A stretch of DNA of 64,000 nucleotides from Myxococcales bacterium (GTDB lineage: Bacteria > Myxococcota_A > Polyangia > Polyangiales > DASUME01): NCBI GenBank assembly GCA_047601445.1, contig JASGJH010000001.1, positions 4,768,001 through 4,832,000 on the forward strand, written 5' to 3'. This document shows positions 46,349 to 55,312 of the stretch, piece after piece. Position numbers and translations under genes: made by a program. Numbering within the stretch: the first letter of the stretch is position 1; every line of letters starts with the position of its first letter. Below the pieces are notes generated by a model, which worked only from the letters and a program-made list of their open reading frames with translations, was not told the DNA's origin and searched no databases.

Positions 46349-49300
46349 ATGTCCGTAGCTTCCCGCCCGCGCGAAGACTCAAGCCTGAATACCGTCGTGG
46401 CCGGGCGCTACCAACTGATCGAGCGCCTGTCTCAAGGCGGCATGGGCGAGGTCTTTGCTGCGCGAGACACCACCAGTGGTCGCAAGGTCGCACTCAAGCG
46501 CCTGTTGCCCGCCCACCGCCAACGGGCGGCTTTGTTTCGGGCCGAGTACCACACGCTGGCGCGCCTGCGTCACCCGTACATCATCCAGGTCCAGGACTTC
46601 GGACTCGACGGCGAGACGCCCTACTACACGATGGAGCTCCTCGACGGGCAGGACCTGCTCGAGACGGGACCATCCGACTACCACGAGTCCTGTCGCATGC
46701 TGCGAGACGTGGCCACCTCGCTGGCCCTGCTGCACGCGCAGCGGTTGCTGCACCGCGACCTGAGCCCACGCAACGTCCGCAAGACCAGCTCGGGTCGCTG
46801 CAAGCTGTTCGACTTCGGCATGATGGTCCCCTTCGGCGTGCCACCGAACTTGGCCGGCACGCCACCGTTCGTGTCGCCCGAAGCGTGGGAAGGCTCGGTG
46901 CTCGACCAGCGCTCGGACATCTATTCGCTGGGCGCGCTCGCCTACTGGTTGATCACGCGCAAGCTGCCCTATGAGCCCAAGAGCACGGCGCAGCACGGCT
47001 ACGCAGGCGTCGGCCCACCCGCGCGACTGCGCAAGAGCGTGCCGGACTTGCCCGAGGCCCTCGATGACCTCGTGATGTCCATGCTCGAGCTCGACCCCGT
47101 GAAGCGTCCGTCATCGGCCGCGGAGGTCATCGTACGGCTCAATCAGATCGCGGGGCTCGAGCCGGACGACGCGGTGGAGCTCGCGCAGAGCTACCTGAGC
47201 AGCGCGCGCTTCGTAAGCCGTCGCAAAGAGCTCTCCATCATCGATCAAGCCCTGGCCCGCGCAGTGGAGCGGCGCGGCGGTGGCTTGCTCGTGACGGGCG
47301 CGGGTGGCATCGGGCGCACGCGACTCCTGCAGGAGGTGGCGTTGCTGGCGCAGACGCGGGGCGCGCGCATCGTGCGTGCCTTCGGAGCGGGTGGCAGCTC
47401 GAGCGGCGAGCTGGTGCGGGAGATCTATCAGGGGCTCAGGCGAGCGGCCCCCGAGGCGTTCAAGCTGCTCGACTATCGCGACCAGGCCATCGTCAAGCAG
47501 CTCGACCGCGAGTCGCGCAACCCTCAGCAGCCCAACACGCCGAGCCCGGAGGCACGCGCGCGCTTGCACGCCGCGCTCAGCGCCTACGCCCACGTGGCCA
47601 CGGCCGAGGGCACCTGGGTGTTCCTGATCGACGACCTGCACGTCGCCGATCCCTTCTCGAACGCCTTCGTGGCCTCGCTCGCGCGCGAGGCCGAGAACCG
47701 CGCACTCTTGGTGGTGGCCACCGCCCGCGGCATGGAAGAGGAACTCACCGACACGCCGGCCGCGCTGTTCGCGAAGGACGCACGACACCTGGGCCTCGAG
47801 GACCTCGACCAGGACTCCATCCGCGCCATCTGCAGCTCGCTGTTCGGCGCCGTGCCCAACCTCGATCGGCTCATCGCCTGGCTGTACCGGCAGGCGCGCG
47901 GCAACCCAGCGTTGACCATGGAGCTCGCCTCGCTGCTCTTGCGCCGGGGCACGATTCGTTTTCTGGAAGGCGCGTTCTCGCTGCCGCGACACGACATCGA
48001 CGACGAAGTGCCGGCCGATCTGGCGCACACGCTGGCGCTGCGGTTAGACCCGCTGAGCAGCCATGCGCGCAAAGTTGCCGAGCTGGTCGCCACCTGCCGC
48101 GGCAGCGCCCCGCTCGAGCTGTGCCTCTCCGCCTGCGAAGGCAGCGCCGACGAGATCATGGCCGCGCTCGAGGAGCTGGTGCGCCACGGCGTGCTGATGA
48201 CCGCCCGCGGCGAGTACGCGTTCGCCCAGGAGGCCATGCGCAACGCAGTGCGCCTGACGCTCGTGCCCGCACGCGAGAAGCAGCTCCACGGACGCCTTGC
48301 GGATGCCTTGCTCGCGAGTCCCGCGCCCGACCTGGAGCACCGTCTCGAAGCGGGTTGGCACCTCGTCCACACGGATCAGGAGCAGCGCGGCGCGGACCTC
48401 TTGGCGCAAGTCACGCCGCCCTTGATCGAGTCCGGTCTGGCCTATGCGGGCGCCATGGCGGCAGCCGAGAAGGCGCTCGAGGTGTACGAGCGAACCCACG
48501 CCGCGCTCGAGAAACGACTGGCCCTGCGCACCATCTTGGTGCGTGCAGGGTTCCTGTACGACTACCGCCTGGCCCAGCGCTACGGCGTGGACACCATCCG
48601 GATGCTCGAGAACTGGATGGGCTTGCCGAGCTTGCGCCGCTTCGAGCGCTTCATCGGCGGCTTCCTGATGCTGGTCTTGGCGTTCGCGGTGACAGCGCTG
48701 AAGCGCGCCTTTGCCAGCCCCGAAAAGCGGGGTCCTCAGGCGTATCTGTCGCTGAAGTATTTGTGTCGCTCGCTGGTGTCGCTGCTGGGCGTGCGCGTCC
48801 TGGGGCTCGATGGTCCGGGCGCCGCCGAGCTGCTCGCCAAGATCACCTTCCTCGAAGATGCGCCTTCGTGGACCTCGGGCAAGCAGGTCTTCTTGATCGG
48901 GCGTGCGGTGGCGATGCAGCCCCTCGGCCGCGAAGTGGCGGTGCGCAGAGACGTCCAACTGGCGCTCGATCACCTCAACAACATGCGCGCTGCAGACATG
49001 TCGGAGGCCGAGCGGCTCGACGCGCGGGCGGGGCTCATGCTGTCGGGCGGCATCAACGAGTGCTACCGCGCAGGCTCGGACGCGCTGACCGCCGCCGATG
49101 CGGTGGAGGCGGTCGGCACGCAGTTGGCGCGCGCATCGGCCCAGCGTATTCGGCTCACGTATCACATGGTGCGCGGCGGGCGCGATGAGGCCGACCGTCA
49201 CCGCCGCATGCTCGACACCCACGCGATCCAGGGCGGTACCACCTGGCAGGTCGAGTGGTTCGCCGTCTCCGTGGAGGGCGTAGCGAGCGCGCGACTCGGG

Positions 49301-50371
49301 GACTTGGTGTCTGCGCGGCGCTCCCTGGAGCGACTCGAAGAACTGGTCCACGAGGTCCCAACGCTGACCCCGATGCGCGACATCATGCGAGTGATGTACC
49401 AGTGGCGGCGCGGCAACCTCGAAAAGGCCATCGAGCTCGGCGAGTACCTGGTCAACAAGTATCCGGCCAAGAGCGTGATCGGCTGGGTGGCGGGTTACGG
49501 AGCCTATGCGGGCGCGCTGAATGAGTCGGGGAACTATCAGAAGGCCCAGGAGATCTGCGAGCGAGCGCGGGCCGTCATCACGGACGCCGACCGCGAGTAC
49601 GCCATCATCTACAGCCATGTAGATCGCGAGCTCGCGGTGGCCCTGGCGGCGCAAGGACGGCGCGCCGAGGCCGAAGCCATCACCCAGAAGGCCATCAAGT
49701 TCTACGAAGAGCGACGCGAGTACGCCTGGCTCTACGCGGAGTACGAGAACGCCGCGCGCATCGCCAAGATCTGCGGGGACGGCGAAGGGGTTCGCGAGGC
49801 CGTGAAGAACATGCGCGAAGCCGCCAAGCGCGCCAACAGCAAGTTCCTGCTGGCCCAGTCCGCGCGCGCTGCCGCGACCCTGCTCCGGTCCTTGCCGCGC
49901 GCCGAGCGCGCGCCCGTGGAGGTGCAGGGTGCCGACATGATCACCCCCGTCGACGGCGGCGAAGAGGTCGAAGTCCACACGCCCGTGCGTGGCTTCACCC
50001 GCTCACGCGCGCGCAACGTGCTCAAGCGAGCCATGGACGAGGCGGGCGCCAACGCGGCTCACCTCTACGTGCTCGGCCCGGACGGCGCGGTGCTGACCGC
50101 GAGCGCCGGCGAAGACGACCCGCCCAGCCAGGTCGCCGATGAGGCTTGGTCCCTGGGCAACCACCACGAAGCCGTCGACTCGCAAGCCGAGAGCAAGCTG
50201 CGCATCCGCACGATCAACGCCCTCGAGCGCACCTACGAACTGATGCTCCTGCCGCGTCGCGACGGCGAGGCGCGCACCACGGTGCTGGCCCTGGAGCACC
50301 AGCACAACCGCGCAGCCACGGATTTGCCGGTGAGCGTGCTGGAAAAGCTCACGGCGTGGTCGGCGGACTAA
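46349..50371 (+). CDS. Ser/Thr protein kinase with an AAA-like domain and TPR-like repeats
   Basis: QGGMGEVF, VALKR, HRDLSPRN, DFG, SPE, DIYSLG; Walker-A-like GAGGIGRT, Walker-B IDDLH, GNP; helical C-terminus. Confidence 0.9.
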   Translation: MSVASRPREDSSLNTVVAGRYQLIERLSQGGMGEVFAARDTTSGRKVALKRLLPAHRQRAALFRAEYHTLARLRHPYIIQVQDFGLDGETPYYTMELLDGQDLLETGPSDYHESCRMLRDVATSLALLHAQRLLHRDLSPRNVRKTSSGRCKLFDFGMMVPFGVPPNLAGTPPFVSPEAWEGSVLDQRSDIYSLGALAYWLITRKLPYEPKSTAQHGYAGVGPPARLRKSVPDLPEALDDLVMSMLELDPVKRPSSAAEVIVRLNQIAGLEPDDAVELAQSYLSSARFVSRRKELSIIDQALARAVERRGGGLLVTGAGGIGRTRLLQEVALLAQTRGARIVRAFGAGGSSSGELVREIYQGLRRAAPEAFKLLDYRDQAIVKQLDRESRNPQQPNTPSPEARARLHAALSAYAHVATAEGTWVFLIDDLHVADPFSNAFVASLAREAENRALLVVATARGMEEELTDTPAALFAKDARHLGLEDLDQDSIRAICSSLFGAVPNLDRLIAWLYRQARGNPALTMELASLLLRRGTIRFLEGAFSLPRHDIDDEVPADLAHTLALRLDPLSSHARKVAELVATCRGSAPLELCLSACEGSADEIMAALEELVRHGVLMTARGEYAFAQEAMRNAVRLTLVPAREKQLHGRLADALLASPAPDLEHRLEAGWHLVHTDQEQRGADLLAQVTPPLIESGLAYAGAMAAAEKALEVYERTHAALEKRLALRTILVRAGFLYDYRLAQRYGVDTIRMLENWMGLPSLRRFERFIGGFLMLVLAFAVTALKRAFASPEKRGPQAYLSLKYLCRSLVSLLGVRVLGLDGPGAAELLAKITFLEDAPSWTSGKQVFLIGRAVAMQPLGREVAVRRDVQLALDHLNNMRAADMSEAERLDARAGLMLSGGINECYRAGSDALTAADAVEAVGTQLARASAQRIRLTYHMVRGGRDEADRHRRMLDTHAIQGGTTWQVEWFAVSVEGVASARLGDLVSARRSLERLEELVHEVPTLTPMRDIMRVMYQWRRGNLEKAIELGEYLVNKYPAKSVIGWVAGYGAYAGALNESGNYQKAQEICERARAVITDADREYAIIYSHVDRELAVALAAQGRRAEAEAITQKAIKFYEERREYAWLYAEYENAARIAKICGDGEGVREAVKNMREAAKRANSKFLLAQSARAAATLLRSLPRAERAPVEVQGADMITPVDGGEEVEVHTPVRGFTRSRARNVLKRAMDEAGANAAHLYVLGPDGAVLTASAGEDDPPSQVADEAWSLGNHHEAVDSQAESKLRIRTINALERTYELMLLPRRDGEARTTVLALEHQHNRAATDLPVSVLEKLTAWSAD

Positions 50372-50386
50372 ACGCCCCGCCAAAAC

Positions 50387-51889
50387 TCAACTCATCCATC
50401 CTCCGTCTCCCTCCGCCCACTTGGTGGTCACCTTCTTCAGCTGGCTCCAGAACTCCACTCCGCCGGCGCCCGTGATGTCGCCGTGACCGAAGCGAGAAGT
50501 CTTGGTGCCGCCGAATGAGAAAGGTTCGCGGGGAACGGGGACGCCGACATTGACGCCGATCATACCGCTCGTGCTGCGCTCGCTGACGAAGCGCGCCGCG
50601 GCGCCGCTTTGTGTGAAGACGCTGGTCGCGTTGCCGTAGGGGCTTTCGTGTTCGAAGGCCAACGCCTCCTCCAGATTTTTCACGCGCACGATGCTCAGGA
50701 CCGGCCCGAATAGCTCTTCGCGCGCGCAGTACGTGTAGGGTCCCACGCGATCCAGGACGGTAGGCGCGAGCCAGTGACCTCCTGCGCAGGCTTCGGGGGT
50801 GGTGGGCTTACGTCCGTCGAGTCGTAGCTCCCCGCCCTCCGCGACGCCGCGCGCGATGGCCTCCTCCAGGCGCGCCAGGGCGCTCCCTTCGATGATGGCG
50901 CCCATCTCGGAGCCGAGCACGATGCCGCGCGCCTTCTCCACCACCGCATCCACCACGGCCTCGCAGTCGCCTACCGCGACCAGCACACTGCCGGCCATGC
51001 AGCGCTGCCCCGCGCAGCCGGTGAACGAGTTGACGATGCCTTGCACCGCCAGGTTGGGGTCGGCGTCCGGCAGCAAGATCATGGTGTTCTTAGCGCCGCC
51101 GAGCGCCAGCACGCGCTTGCCGGCCTGCGCCGCCCGCGCGTAGACCGCACTGGCAACCTTGGACGATCCGACGAAGCCGTAGGCGCGCACCTGGGGATGC
51201 GCGAGCAGCGCGTCCACCGTTGGAGCACGCCCGTGGACCACCGAGAATACACCCTTGGGATAGCCCGCCTGCACCATCAGCTCGCCGAGCATGCAGGCCG
51301 TGAGCGGCACCTTCTCGCTGGGCTTCAAGATGAACGCGTTGCCGAGCGTGACCGCGATGGGAAACATCCAGAGTGGGACCATGGCCGGAAAATTGAACGG
51401 CGTGATGCCGCACACCACGCCCAGGGGCTCGCGGCGCGCCTCGCAGCGAATCCCTGGCGACACTTCGAGGCTTCCGCCTGCGTCCAGGTTTTGCAAGCTC
51501 AGTGCGTACTCGGTGACTTCGAGTCCCTTGAGCACGCCGGCACGCGCCTCCTCCACGGTCTTGCCGCACTCGCGGGCCGCGCTGTGAGCGAGCTCGGTGA
51601 GCCGAGCCTGGAGCAGGGCGCGGAAGCGAAACAGGGGCTCCGTGCGCTGCTTGATCGATTGCCGCGCCCAGCCGAGTTGTGCAGCTGCCGCGCTGCGCAC
51701 CGCCTCCCGGACTCCCGAATTGTCCGTATCGGGCACGCTGCCGAGGAGCTCCCCAGTGTAAGGACTGCGCACTTCGACGCGCGGTAGGCCCTCGCACACG
51801 TCGAATTCGCCGGCCACCAGGTTTCCGGCGACAAGCGGGGCCTCGGGCATCGAGACGAATGGATGGTTGTTGGGCGAGCGCGGCGACAT
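50387..51889 (-). CDS. mmsA: CoA-acylating (methyl)malonate-semialdehyde dehydrogenase
   Basis: ITPFNFPAMVP, KPSE, FVGSS, GGAKN, GCAGQRCMA, EELFGP, GVNVGVPVP. Confidence 0.9.
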   Translation of the reverse strand: MSPRSPNNHPFVSMPEAPLVAGNLVAGEFDVCEGLPRVEVRSPYTGELLGSVPDTDNSGVREAVRSAAAAQLGWARQSIKQRTEPLFRFRALLQARLTELAHSAARECGKTVEEARAGVLKGLEVTEYALSLQNLDAGGSLEVSPGIRCEARREPLGVVCGITPFNFPAMVPLWMFPIAVTLGNAFILKPSEKVPLTACMLGELMVQAGYPKGVFSVVHGRAPTVDALLAHPQVRAYGFVGSSKVASAVYARAAQAGKRVLALGGAKNTMILLPDADPNLAVQGIVNSFTGCAGQRCMAGSVLVAVGDCEAVVDAVVEKARGIVLGSEMGAIIEGSALARLEEAIARGVAEGGELRLDGRKPTTPEACAGGHWLAPTVLDRVGPYTYCAREELFGPVLSIVRVKNLEEALAFEHESPYGNATSVFTQSGAAARFVSERSTSGMIGVNVGVPVPREPFSFGGTKTSRFGHGDITGAGGVEFWSQLKKVTTKWAEGDGGWMS

Positions 51890-51955
51890 ACGAAGAGGCT
51901 AACATCGAATGGAACTTTCTGTGCGCTTCGCAGGTGGTTACACTGGCCGTCTCGA

Positions 51956-53191
51956 ATGCTCCGCGGTGCCTTCCCTCTCATCCTCGTCAGCGCGCTAGCC
52001 TCCGCTTGTTCCGACGCGCCGTCGGACCCGCACGACGAGCAGCCAGACGCGGGCCCCGCCGACGACGCCGGCCCCGACGATGCGGGCTCGGACGCAGCGC
52101 TCGGCCCAGTACCCATGGTGGGTGCGGACTACGCGAGCTTCGACGCGCTGTCGGTCTCCGACGCGGGCGTGCTCGAGCTATCGTTCCCGCTCCCCGCTGA
52201 CGCGCGCTCGTTCGTGATCACGGCCAGCGCCGATCAGCGTGGCTACCTGCTGCTCCTGGATCTCCAGCACGCCGATGGTCGTGTCCTGTTCGATCGCAAG
52301 ACCAAGGACGCGGGCCCGTTTCGTCCAGCGCTGAGTGAAAACCTCGAGCTGTGGGCGCCGCTGTCGGTGCTGTACCCGAGTGCGCCTTCCGATTCCGCCC
52401 TGGGCGCGGGTCGCTATCGCGTACGATTGGGCTTCGTGCCGGAGAGTGGCGGGGGCGCGGCCGCAAACCTGCGCGTCGACGTGGTGTGGCAGACGCGCAG
52501 CGCGCCCACCAGCTTGCCCCTCAACATCTGGTTGGCTCGGGGCTCCAGCGAGACGGCGGAGAGTTTGATCGCCAATAGCTTGTACCTCGATGCCTTCGAT
52601 CGACTGCGCACCATCTTCGAGCCAGTGGGCGTGGCTTTGGAGCCCTTGCAGGCCTTCGACCTGGGCGCCGAAGGCAGCGACCTCTCCCAGATCGAGAGCG
52701 ACGACGACTTGGTCGATCTGCTCGCGGCGTTGGAGCAGGAGCCCGCAGGAGGACTCGACGTGATCCTGGTCGACCGCATCGTGACCACCGGCAAGACGGT
52801 GCGCGGCAAGAGTACGGGCATCCCCGGCCCCCCCGCCCATCCAGCGCTCACGCGGCGCGGTGCCGTGGTGCTCTCGCTCGAGGATCTGCCGCGCGATCCA
52901 TTGCGCATCGCGGAGGCCATGGCCCACGAAGCAACGCACTATCTGGGGCTGCGCCATACCACGGAGTTGGACGCCGCCGAGCACGACCCGCTCGCTGACA
53001 CACCCGAGTGCCCCATCGCGCTGGCCAGCTACAAGACCACCTCGGGTGACCTCCTCTTGAGCCCTGCCGACTGCGCGGACTACGACGGCACGAACCTGCA
53101 ATTCCCGATGCCGCCCTTCGACGACAAGCCCCAACACGACCTGACGCCCGATCAGATCTCGGTGCTGCGCGGCTCACCGCTCCTGCGCTGA
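51956..53191 (+). CDS. Lipoprotein zinc metallopeptidase (metzincin, M43-like)
   Basis: ASAC lipobox, AHEATHYLGLRH (HExxHxxGxxH), downstream DTP. Confidence 0.8.
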   Translation: MLRGAFPLILVSALASACSDAPSDPHDEQPDAGPADDAGPDDAGSDAALGPVPMVGADYASFDALSVSDAGVLELSFPLPADARSFVITASADQRGYLLLLDLQHADGRVLFDRKTKDAGPFRPALSENLELWAPLSVLYPSAPSDSALGAGRYRVRLGFVPESGGGAAANLRVDVVWQTRSAPTSLPLNIWLARGSSETAESLIANSLYLDAFDRLRTIFEPVGVALEPLQAFDLGAEGSDLSQIESDDDLVDLLAALEQEPAGGLDVILVDRIVTTGKTVRGKSTGIPGPPAHPALTRRGAVVLSLEDLPRDPLRIAEAMAHEATHYLGLRHTTELDAAEHDPLADTPECPIALASYKTTSGDLLLSPADCADYDGTNLQFPMPPFDDKPQHDLTPDQISVLRGSPLLR

Positions 53192-53197
53192 GCTAAA

Positions 53198-53231
53198 CGA
53201 AAAAGGCCACCCTCGTCGGTGGCCTTCTTCG
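53198..53231. terminator. Bidirectional intrinsic terminator
   Basis: AAGGCCACC-CTCGTC-GGTGGCCTT hairpin flanked by A and T tracts, between convergent genes. Confidence 0.75.
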
Positions 53232-53252
53232 ATGCTCGCCTACACGCTCAGC

Positions 53253-55109
53253 TCAACGGCAGGCGTACTCCCCGGCCGGCAGCGCTCCGTCGTCGCACAA
53301 GAAGGTCTCGTGGCGCAGCGTGCACGCGCCATTGGTGAGGCAGTCCAGGTCGCCGTAGCGCGCCTGGCAGGCCTCGCCGACGCGAGACTGCTTGCGACAG
53401 GTACCGGTGTGCATGTCATCTCCGAAGGCGCAGAAAAGACCGGCGGCACACACGTTGAGCGTACTGCTCTCGGTGTCGCAGGCTCCGTTCTCTGCGATGG
53501 GCGCGGCACAGGACGAGCCGGCGTTCGGGGTGTTGCTGCGGCACCAGCCGTGTGCGCACTCCACGGTGGCCGTACAGCTCGCACTGTCGGCCTTCTTGTC
53601 CGCGCAGGTGCCGGCGTTGCAGAACTTGCTGGCGCAGCTCGCGTGCACGCCCACCGGGCACGCCTGCGTGGTGGCGATCTCGGGTTCGCAGCGGCTGCCG
53701 GGCGTGGTGTCGGCACAATAGGAGCCCGCGGCGCAGGCCTTGCTGAAGCTGCAAGCAGGCGCGCACTTTGAGTTGCGATCACACCAGCCGCTCGTGCACT
53801 CGTTGGTGGCGAGCCCGGGCAGCGCACAAGCTGCACCGTCGGACTTCAAGCTAGCAGCGCACAGGTTGGTACCCTCGGTGCAGGTCCCGCTCGCGCAGTT
53901 GGTCTCCACCGCGATCCCCACGGTGTTGCGCAGACAGGCTTGGCCGTCGGCGGTGGGCGGCGTGCAGAGGCCGTAGAAGGTCACGCTTTGCTGGGCCAAC
54001 TTGTGCAAGGGCTCGCTGGCCAGACCGTTGCACACGAGGCCCGTTCCGCACTGGCTGTTGCGCGTGCAGTAAGCACCCGCCGCACAGCTGGCTCGCACGC
54101 ACTTGTTGCTCGTGGGGTCGCACGAGAAGCCGTCCTCGCAGTCCACCAGCGTCACCGCGCCCGTGCCGAATCCGCTCGAGCCCGACGAGAAGGGCCGCAC
54201 GTCCACGAAGGTAGGATCGATGAATGCACAGGCCTCCCCCTCCTTCGCCCGCAGCTTGCAAGTGCCGCTCGTGAATTCGCAGTAGAGCTCGTCACACTCG
54301 CTCTGCTGGGTGCAGCGATCGCCCGCCTTGGCCTTGGCCGAGCATACGCCGGCGCTCTGGCCGAAGATCAGAGAGCTCGTCTGTCGACAGGCCAGTCCCT
54401 CGCCACACTCGGGAACCTTGGGTCCGTTGATGGCGTTGTAGGGGTCGCAGGTGTCGCCTGCGCGCTCGAGGCCCTTGAGCAGCTTGGCGGGACTGCACGG
54501 ATCGGTGGTGGGCGCCGCACAGCTCGCGGCGGCCACGGGCGCACCCGGACACTGGATGGCCTGGATGGACGCGGCGCAGGCATTGACACCTTCGGGGTTG
54601 ATGGCGACCTGGAAGTCGGTGTCGTTGAGCGCGCGGACCGCATCGAGCACTCGCAGCACATACTGGCCGAACAGGCCCGAAGAGTTGATCAAGCCACGGT
54701 TGAGCAGATCACCGAAGGCGCTCACGCAGTCGGCCTCGCTCTTGACCGCGGGGCCGTAGATCCAGTTGAGCTCTCCCGCATCGCAACACTTGATCTCGTT
54801 GGCACACAGGGCCGCGATGACCGGCTGCATGCCTTGCTCTGCGAGGTCCACGCCATCGGGCACGCACAGCTCCCCGACGCTGCATGAGCTGTCTGGCTTG
54901 GGCGCCTCGAGCACGTCGAGGCGTGCGTCGGTGTCCATCCCCAGCTTGTCGAGATCGCCCCGCAGGCGCGCGATGTCGTCGTCGTAGTTCTCTGGCGTGC
55001 CGCCGTCAGGATTTAGCGTGCCCTTGCCGTCGTGACCGTTGTCGTCGTCACAGGCGGAAAGCCCGAGCGAGAGGGCGACCCCCAGGCTCAACCATGCGAA
55101 GCGCTTCAT
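53253..55109 (-). CDS. Cys-rich lipoprotein (Dickkopf-like repeats), paralogue 1
   Basis: LSAC lipobox, short coiled segment, many GxxC...C...C repeats. Confidence 0.8.
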   Translation of the reverse strand: MKRFAWLSLGVALSLGLSACDDDNGHDGKGTLNPDGGTPENYDDDIARLRGDLDKLGMDTDARLDVLEAPKPDSSCSVGELCVPDGVDLAEQGMQPVIAALCANEIKCCDAGELNWIYGPAVKSEADCVSAFGDLLNRGLINSSGLFGQYVLRVLDAVRALNDTDFQVAINPEGVNACAASIQAIQCPGAPVAAASCAAPTTDPCSPAKLLKGLERAGDTCDPYNAINGPKVPECGEGLACRQTSSLIFGQSAGVCSAKAKAGDRCTQQSECDELYCEFTSGTCKLRAKEGEACAFIDPTFVDVRPFSSGSSGFGTGAVTLVDCEDGFSCDPTSNKCVRASCAAGAYCTRNSQCGTGLVCNGLASEPLHKLAQQSVTFYGLCTPPTADGQACLRNTVGIAVETNCASGTCTEGTNLCAASLKSDGAACALPGLATNECTSGWCDRNSKCAPACSFSKACAAGSYCADTTPGSRCEPEIATTQACPVGVHASCASKFCNAGTCADKKADSASCTATVECAHGWCRSNTPNAGSSCAAPIAENGACDTESSTLNVCAAGLFCAFGDDMHTGTCRKQSRVGEACQARYGDLDCLTNGACTLRHETFLCDDGALPAGEYACR

Positions 55110-55241
55110 GCATGTCCCCTTTGAAGAGGGCGCAGCCCGGCCGTCCGATCCGGTACGGCGGTCACCCCCGCGCCAAGGCTACGCATGGGGATCGTCGTGT
55201 CCACACCAAATCGCGGTCGCGTGGGCGCGAGCTCCAAAAGC

Positions 55242-55270
55242 AAAAGGGCCACCCTGGTGGGCGGCCCTTC
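55242..55270 (-). terminator. Intrinsic terminator downstream of Cys-rich paralogue 2
   Basis: Minus strand reads AAGGGCCGCCC-ACCA-GGGTGGCCCTTTTGCTTTT. Confidence 0.7.
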
Positions 55271-55312
55271 GAGTCAAGGCACTGCGCCTAGCGCGTCAAC
55301 CGCGCGAGGACG

